A stretch of DNA of 63,837 bases, filler included, from Craspedostauros australis (taxonomy: Eukaryota): the NCBI GenBank assembly GCA_030167865.1. It is 8 parts of 8 records of this genome, joined end to end, with 100 filler letters (N's around TTAATTAATTAA, not from the genome) between each part and the next. Parts side by side here need not be neighbours in the genome. Positions count along the whole stretch, not along the records: positions 57,017 to 61,562 come from JALAGF010003576.1; positions 61,663 to 63,837 come from JALAGF010003581.1; 6 more parts are not named here. One strand, 5' to 3'. Position 1 is the first letter of the stretch. Each line of letters begins with the position of its first letter. The notes under the pieces are model-generated. The model was not told the origin of the DNA, did not search any database, and was given only the letters and a program-made list of their open reading frames with translations. Both the position numbers and the translations under genes were made by a program. Positions 57,184 to 63,837 of this stretch are shown piece by piece.

Positions 57184-60100
57184 CTATCGGAGAACACTGG
57201 CTGGAGGCTTCAACTCGAACTCATCAAACACGATCTTCAGGACGCGCTTGCGGACCATGGAGTTGTACGACAGCTGGTTGATCGTCAGGGCGACCGTCAG
57301 CTTCACATCGGGGATGCAGATCACCAGGCTTCCACCCAAGCCTGGATGACCGAACGACTGCACCTTGCGGCCTTCGTACTCGAACTCGTGGACGACAAGT
57401 CCGAGGCCGAAGAAGGCGGAAGAATCATTCAGCAAGGCGTGGACTGCCGTCTGGGCATCTCCCTGCTGCTGCTGGGCCATGGCGATGGTCTCGTTGGTGA
57501 GGGATCGCTCCTTCATGATGATGTCGTCCATGACCTTCGCCAGAGACGATGCGGATGCGTGCATGTTGGCGGATGGGAGTTTGGCGCTCCTCACCTTCCT
57601 CATGTTGTACATGGTGGGTGTCATGAGCTGCTTGCGCCCGGCGTACTTGGCGAGGATCTTCTTGTGGTTGATGCTGGGCTTGGTTGGTGTCGAGGCTGCT
57701 GCTGATGGTGCGGCGACTGCCTTCGTTGGCGATGAGGCTGCTGCTGCTGGCTTGATTGGTGCGGTGGCGGCCTCCATCGCCTTCTTGCGCTCGGCCTCCT
57801 GCTTGAGCTTCATCTGCTTCATCTTCTCTCGCTTGGCGGCTTCGGCTGCGGCGTTGTTCAGCTGGGCCAAGTCGGCATGGTGGACAGACAGGACCGCCAG
57901 CTCGTCGTTGTCGATGTCCTCCGGCAGTCCTCCAGCGTGGAGGTTGAACTCCTCGTCGCTGTCGGGATCGGCGAGGACGCTCTTGAGGTACTGGTCGTAC
58001 GGCTGCTTCGTCACCGCCTCGATGAGGCCTCCGCACAGCCATGCGAGGGACAGGTAGTGGTACTTGGTCTGCTGACCGCATGGGTACTGGGTGCCCGTGC
58101 TCTCCATGAACTTCTTCATGCTGTCCCAGTCCAGCATCTCATCCAGACTGCCGTCGCGTGGCATGGCGTTGGGCATTCCGCTCTGGTGAGACAGGACGTA
58201 TCGGACCGTGATGTCCTTCTTGCCGAACTCTGGCCAGTACGTGGCGACTGGCTCATCCAGATCGATCTTGCCATCCTGGACGAGCCGCAGGACGCCGATG
58301 GCCAGGTAGGCCTTGCCGACGGAGAAGACGTTGAAGAGGGTGGATGGGGTGACGGGGCGTGGGTTGGCGGTTCCCAACACACCTGCGGCGACGTTCACGC
58401 GCTCCTCCCCACCCACGCGGACGTTGAGCTGGAGGCCCACCATGCTGCCTTCCTTCTGGACGTCCGCGATCGCACCCTCCAGCTTCTCGCGCAGGGCGTC
58501 GCTGGAGACGGATGATCGATCGTGGACCAGGGACTTGGCGCGATCCTGGGTGGGGACCGACTCGCAGATGGTGGTTCGGGCGGCCTTGGCCATGGTGTTC
58601 AGGTACGGGTACTTGACGTCGAGGTAGGAGCAGAGTCCGCGGAGGAGGTTGCTCACTCGGGCGAAGAAGATGAGCTCCGCTGGCCATGCGTCGATGGGGT
58701 TGCGCAGGCTGTCGTGCTCACCCAGACCCTGCTCCTTCTTCATGGCGGCGACGCGCGCCTGGTACTCGTGGGAGAGTCGCTTCTGGACCTTCTTGGCCTT
58801 GGACTGGGGGATGGTCGTGTGGAAGGTCTGCTGCAGGGTCACGAGATCCTCGAATGGATCGTGTCTGTTCATCTTCACTCCCATCTCATCGAAGCTTCGC
58901 GTCAGCTCATCGGCATCGCCGACATCGGTCGCGTGCATGAGACGGGACAGACCGAGCTTCATCTTGTGATCGAAGCGCTTGGTGAGTCCAAAGTCCAGCA
59001 GGACCGGCACGGAGCCGTCCTTGCCTGGCGCGGTCGAGACGAGGATGTTCCCGGCGTGCGGATCCGTGTTGAAGACACCTCCGACGTGCATCTGGACTGC
59101 CCATGCTGTGCAGATGCGCTCCAGCAGCAGCTTGCGGTCGACGTTGTGCTTCTTCATGGCCTTGATGTTGCGGACGGAGAATCCGTCGCAGAACTCCATC
59201 ACCAGGACGCGCTCCGTGACGAGGCCTGGGATGGCCCTTGGCACGATGACATCGACCTTGTTCTCTGCCATCAGCAGTCGGACCTCGTTCATGTTGACGG
59301 CCTCTGCGCGGAAGTCGAGCTCCTTCTCCACCTCCATCGAGTACTCCTTGACGACGGACTCGAAGTCGAGGTCTGGCTCGAAGCGGGCGAGGAACTCCAT
59401 GATGATGTGAAGGTTCTCAACATCCTGTCTCATCAACGAGGCCACGCCTCGGTGCTGCACCTTGATGGCGACCTCCTGTCCGTTGGTGAGCTTGGCGCGG
59501 TGTACCTGCGCCAGCGACGCTGTGGACAGGGAGACGGGGTCGATGGATTCGATGGACTTGAACTGGACGGGCGTGAGCTCTTCATGGAGCGTGGCCATGA
59601 TGTCGTTGTCGAAGCTGCGTTCCGGCAGATCATCCTGCAGGGCCGACAGCTCCTGGACGAACTCGAGGGGCATGACATCGGCGCGGGAGCTGAGGTATTG
59701 TCCGACCTTGATCCAGAATCCTTCGAGGGTCTTGATCTGGTCTGTGAGGCGCTGTGCGGTCTTGCGGTTGGCGAGGCTCCAGAAGTGGACGATGTCTGGA
59801 TGTTCCTCGGCCTGGGCGTCGGTGAGGTTGAGGGATTGCTGGATGCGGGATGCTTCGCGCTTGGCGAATTGGTACTCGATGAAGGTCTGGATGGCCATGC
59901 GGTAGACGCTGATGCGGCGGAGCTGCTTGGCGAGGAAGCTTGGCTCATCGTGTGTCGAGTTGTTGTTGATTTTGTTGTTGGCGTTGCTGCTGCTGCTGCT
60001 GCCGTTGTCGATGATGGAGAGGATGGCATCGTCCGACTTGGTGTTTCCGTTGGCCACTTGTCGATCGGCGGTGAGGACGACGAGGATGACGGCGAGGAGT

Positions 60101-60318
60101 GTTGAGACGAAGAAGATGAGCATGGCATCAAGCATGTCCTTGAGGTTGGCGAGCATGTTGGGGAGCTCATCGGAGTATTCTTGCAGCTTGGCCTTGAGAG
60201 TTGGGGGCGAAGTTGTCTTCATGATGGATACCGTCTTCGAGCAGCATGCGGATGAGGAAGGGCAGCATGAGGAAGCGGCGCATGAAGGGGAGGAGGAGGA
60301 GGAGGTATAGTCTTGCAT
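57184..60318 (-). CDS. ABC1/ADCK (UbiB-like) atypical kinase fused to a serine beta-lactamase-like domain (1044 aa)
   Basis: IKVGQ.LSSR.D, ASLAQVHRA, VAIKVQH, ELDF..EA, VLVMEF, DPHAGN, LLDFG; then GLQL.V, FNVFSVGK (SxxK), D.PVA.YWPEF, LSHQSG, YHY, FGHPGLGG; N-terminal transmembrane segment. Confidence 0.92.
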   Translation of the reverse strand: MQDYTSSSSSPSCAASSCCPSSSACCSKTVSIMKTTSPPTLKAKLQEYSDELPNMLANLKDMLDAMLIFFVSTLLAVILVVLTADRQVANGNTKSDDAILSIIDNGSSSSSNANNKINNNSTHDEPSFLAKQLRRISVYRMAIQTFIEYQFAKREASRIQQSLNLTDAQAEEHPDIVHFWSLANRKTAQRLTDQIKTLEGFWIKVGQYLSSRADVMPLEFVQELSALQDDLPERSFDNDIMATLHEELTPVQFKSIESIDPVSLSTASLAQVHRAKLTNGQEVAIKVQHRGVASLMRQDVENLHIIMEFLARFEPDLDFESVVKEYSMEVEKELDFRAEAVNMNEVRLLMAENKVDVIVPRAIPGLVTERVLVMEFCDGFSVRNIKAMKKHNVDRKLLLERICTAWAVQMHVGGVFNTDPHAGNILVSTAPGKDGSVPVLLDFGLTKRFDHKMKLGLSRLMHATDVGDADELTRSFDEMGVKMNRHDPFEDLVTLQQTFHTTIPQSKAKKVQKRLSHEYQARVAAMKKEQGLGEHDSLRNPIDAWPAELIFFARVSNLLRGLCSYLDVKYPYLNTMAKAARTTICESVPTQDRAKSLVHDRSSVSSDALREKLEGAIADVQKEGSMVGLQLNVRVGGEERVNVAAGVLGTANPRPVTPSTLFNVFSVGKAYLAIGVLRLVQDGKIDLDEPVATYWPEFGKKDITVRYVLSHQSGMPNAMPRDGSLDEMLDWDSMKKFMESTGTQYPCGQQTKYHYLSLAWLCGGLIEAVTKQPYDQYLKSVLADPDSDEEFNLHAGGLPEDIDNDELAVLSVHHADLAQLNNAAAEAAKREKMKQMKLKQEAERKKAMEAATAPIKPAAAASSPTKAVAAPSAAASTPTKPSINHKKILAKYAGRKQLMTPTMYNMRKVRSAKLPSANMHASASSLAKVMDDIIMKERSLTNETIAMAQQQQGDAQTAVHALLNDSSAFFGLGLVVHEFEYEGRKVQSFGHPGLGGSLVICIPDVKLTVALTINQLSYNSMVRKRVLKIVFDEFELKPPASVLR

Positions 60319-63300
60319 CTTGGATGTTCGATGTTCGATGTTAATTGTTGATTATGGTATTGGATGGTGTGAATGTTTGTGAATGCGCCAAGTATTGCAC
60401 TTTCGAATGGAGACGAGGAGACTGGAGACGGTGTCTGATGGTGAATGGTGTGAATGGTGATGAATGGTGTGAATGGCGATGAATGGTGCGAAAGTATGTC
60501 TGTATTTGTGTTTGTGTCTACGCTTGTTGTGTATTGTGTTGTGTATTGTGTGTGGACAAACAGAGTAGTTTGTGTGAGAGGTTATGCGTTTGTTGTGGAT
60601 TGCGGTTGTCGCTGAATCGAATTTATGAGGAATTTATGAGCAGATGGACGTCAGACAAGTTGTTTCGCTCGTTTGTCCAATGGCCCTCTGTGAAACAACC
60701 AAAGTGTTTGACGGTTGTTGTCATGAACCGATCCCGATCACATCATAACTTTCTGTCTAATCTTGTCGTGACATTACTGTGTGCAACGAGAAGCAGGGCC
60801 AACAAGTTGGATGAAAGCTTCGCGTGGACAGAAGAGCATGAGCTCTTTTGTCCATCTTTGTCCGTGGCGTTGTGAATGAATGGCTGAGATGGACCGAACA
60901 AGTAGCCGCCACCGAAACATGCAGTCCGTGATGATTCGCTTGTTACAATGGGGATTCATTGAACGTGCCCACTTCGGCGAATTGGATGTTGTTCAGATTT
61001 ATTGGCGCACTATGAGGCGTATATCCTGGAGCTTTTTGTGCCGTTTGTCACGATGTTTGTAGTGACGTTATGTGAGAGGCGAGAATGGATGTTTTGTGCG
61101 TGAAGCGAAGAAGGAGACAAGTGCCCTCGCACCACCAACAAGACAAAGGCGACAGAGACGACGAGCAACGACGAACAAGGGCACAAACGAGGTGAACACA
61201 ACATCGCGCACTGACCATGGCGAAATCGTAACATGCGCAAAGAGGTCACGCTATGATCGTGAACAATCATAGTACACGAATACGTTGGGCAGAGCACAGA
61301 AGAGTCCCCTGCTTCGTTGTGTTGTGGTAGCTCTTGCAACACATGGACGGACACGCAATGCCTCACAAGTGTAATACCATTCTCTAGTCGCAACCACGAG
61401 TAGTCACAAGGCAACGTTGCGCGACATGAACATTGCACACAGTGCTGTGTAACGTTTGATAACATCAAACGAGATCGAGAGCGATTGGACCAGATCGAGA
61501 GCGATTGGATGAGATTGCTCACAACATCACACAAGTCAACAAAAGGAACCATCATCACGAACNNNNNNNNNNNNNNNNNNNNNNNNNNNNNNNNNNNNNN
61601 NNNNNNTTAATTAATTAANNNNNNNNNNNNNNNNNNNNNNNNNNNNNNNNNNNNNNNNNNNNTTGGGGTGTAGTTTGGGATGGGTTGATGTGATAGTCTG
61701 GCATGGTCTCTGATCGGATGGTGGTTACAAGTACCAAATGGATGGAACCTCCTGCGATCAACGAGCGTCATCGCTCCAACCGCAGATCGCGCCGATGTCG
61801 TAGCTTGACGCTCCATTCCGACTGCTACTTGGCGTCGGCGGGTTGCTGTCCAGTTGCGTCTTCTGACATGTCAAGATGTTGTCAAAAACGTGTCGGCGCT
61901 GATGTTGACATCGGTCGCTACTGAATGAGCGTCGTTTGATGTGAAAACGATGGCTGCTGTGTGAGATGCAACGCATGCAGGGAATCCACTAACAAGAATC
62001 ACCGTCACGGTCATGCCATGTTCATCGGCGTGATGGCAATTGCAGTCGTTTCCTTCTCCGTTTGCCCCTGCACTTCGCGTGGTAGTTGGCCGTACGATTG
62101 GCGTCGCTGTTGGCGTTCGCCCTGTTGTTGATGCCGTTGCAGCAGCTGTCGTACGATGTATAACATGGCATATGCAATTGTATCTCTGCGCGTGCAACAA
62201 ACCGTCGGTATCAACCTCTGTCTCCTCGTCGCACGAAGCAATCATCGATGGTCATCGCATCCTTGCGAGTAGCGTTGCCATCTTGGCTTACATTCGGCAT
62301 CCCCTTGGTTCTCCAGAACTCCTGTTCGATACGGCGGAGGAATCCGGCAAGTGCATGATGAAACGTGGAGACGCCTTGGTGGCGCTTGCGTTGGTCGGCT
62401 GAATCATTCGCATGGTGAAGCATATCCGTACTCGAGGATCAGAGTGTGATCGTGGCTCGAACGAATGCTGTGATGCTTGGTTCACTTTCGTACTCTTGCT
62501 GATGCTGTTGGTGCAGGGGCCTGTGGGTTGGTTGATGATCGCGGGAGGAGATGTGGTGCTGTGCTTTTCTCACATCCGATCGCTCCTCACACCGGTTCTT
62601 CACTTTATTCCACACCTTGCCCATGTCTGCGTCCCGTGATGTCATGACGTGACGATTCGGAGCCCAACCATGGATGACAGCACACTGCGGCGAGATGGCG
62701 CATCGGTGATGAACACTCCGATGTGTTGCGATGTGTCAGTTGAAGTGCAGCCTCGCGTCGCGTCGTCTCGCTTCACGTCGCTTCATCTCGTCTCATGCCC
62801 AGGCTGCCTCTCGTCTCGTGTGGAGCGGCGTGCGAGGGAGCGGACCAGAGGCATGGGCGATGCACAGGTGATGTCTGCGGGTGTTGTGTTGCCGATGTCA
62901 TCGCGGCTTCGATTTGTGCGAATTCGACAAACAAGAGATGCGACGCTTTCGAGCCATTTCTGAAGGATACTGTGTGGCGGTAAATTATGCATAATAGTTG
63001 AGATTCAATAAGGGACAGACTATTACCGAACACGGTATCCACCTCCTACGGGAGAAATTCGTGTTTTGGCGCGAAATCTGCCGACTTGATCGACCACCAA
63101 ATCTTTTCTCCTCCTTTCTCTCCTCCATTCGCGAGTCCATCATGACTCAAACATGACCGACCTGACTCACATCTCACCTTGGGAACTATATGTCAGGAAT
63201 CGAGGGTACGACTCTGTCGGAAAGATACCCATGATTGCCGCAACTCCCAATATTATTTGTCACACCTTTGGATATTATTCGTCACACCATTGAACATTAT

Positions 63301-63837
63301 CCATTCCACCCACGACACGAATCACATGGGAATGACCTCAGTCTTACCAAGCAAACAAGCCTGTCCTCTATGAATCAAGAAAAGGCCACGACATCTAAAT
63401 CATGTGAAGGAAGATGATGACCGACACATTGNNNNNNNNNNNNNNNNNNNNNNNNNNNNNNNNNNNNNNNNNNNNNNNNNNNNNNNNNNNNNNNNNNNNN
63501 NNNNNNNNNNNNNNNNNNNNNNNNNNNNNNNNNNNGGTGTCAGGAGATCAAGAGCGAAACGCAAGACTGTGGAATCGTACCGCAGGGAATGTAGAATAAG
63601 GATATGCACGACGAGGTGCATGGAGAGAATGCCTACGGATATGCATGACAAAGGATGCCTGCGGATGCGATCTCATGGATGCAAGCGATGATTCATGATG
63701 ATGAGATGCATGAATGCGACAGTATAACACGATGCTGCTGCAGGAGATGCTACATGAGAAACGAAAGGCAAAGGAGCTGAAGAGAATGAGCTCACAGTTC
63801 TGAACAGTACGATCTAACAACCAATTAGTTCTTACTA

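Noticed and set aside
58522..60105. 527-aa plus-strand ORF (similarly 34015-35037, 38388-39470, 1386-2300, 15787-16761)
   Set aside because: Shadow ORFs overlapping GC-biased genes, with no recognisable motifs

Overview
Eukaryotic draft-assembly scaffold, most consistent with a diatom (inferred from ASAFAP-type plastid-targeting peptides, a DUF6824 protein, a diatom-style HSF, a CoDi-like Ty1/copia element and an algal FTO). Nine contigs are joined by roughly 100-nt N gaps, seven of them carrying an artificial TTAATTAATTAA spacer. Recognisable genes: Mpv17/PMP22 protein, a small plastid-targeted protein with a probable GC-AG intron, a secreted RxL/RFLR pro-protein with a long Arg-Gly repeat, an NXPE/SGNH-like membrane protein, HSF, DUF6824 protein, a VxF/WY/RGLE-family protein, THADA/Trm732, HSP20, a two-exon MFS transporter, the 3' end and LTR of a copia retrotransposon, and an ABC1-kinase/beta-lactamase fusion. 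A ~5.7-kb direct duplication carries a surface-protein C-terminus, TruA and FTO: FTO is open in one copy only, TruA is broken at different sites in both copies, and many differences are CpG transitions. Positions 1-1722 are an inverted copy of 6300-8021, probably a mis-oriented contig overlap. Most interesting leads: the Arg-Gly secreted precursor whose frame continues past its TGA, the decaying FTO/TruA duplicate, a strongly over-represented TACTCGTA intergenic motif and a 20-bp palindromic array. All family calls come from motif recognition by eye; no database search was run.
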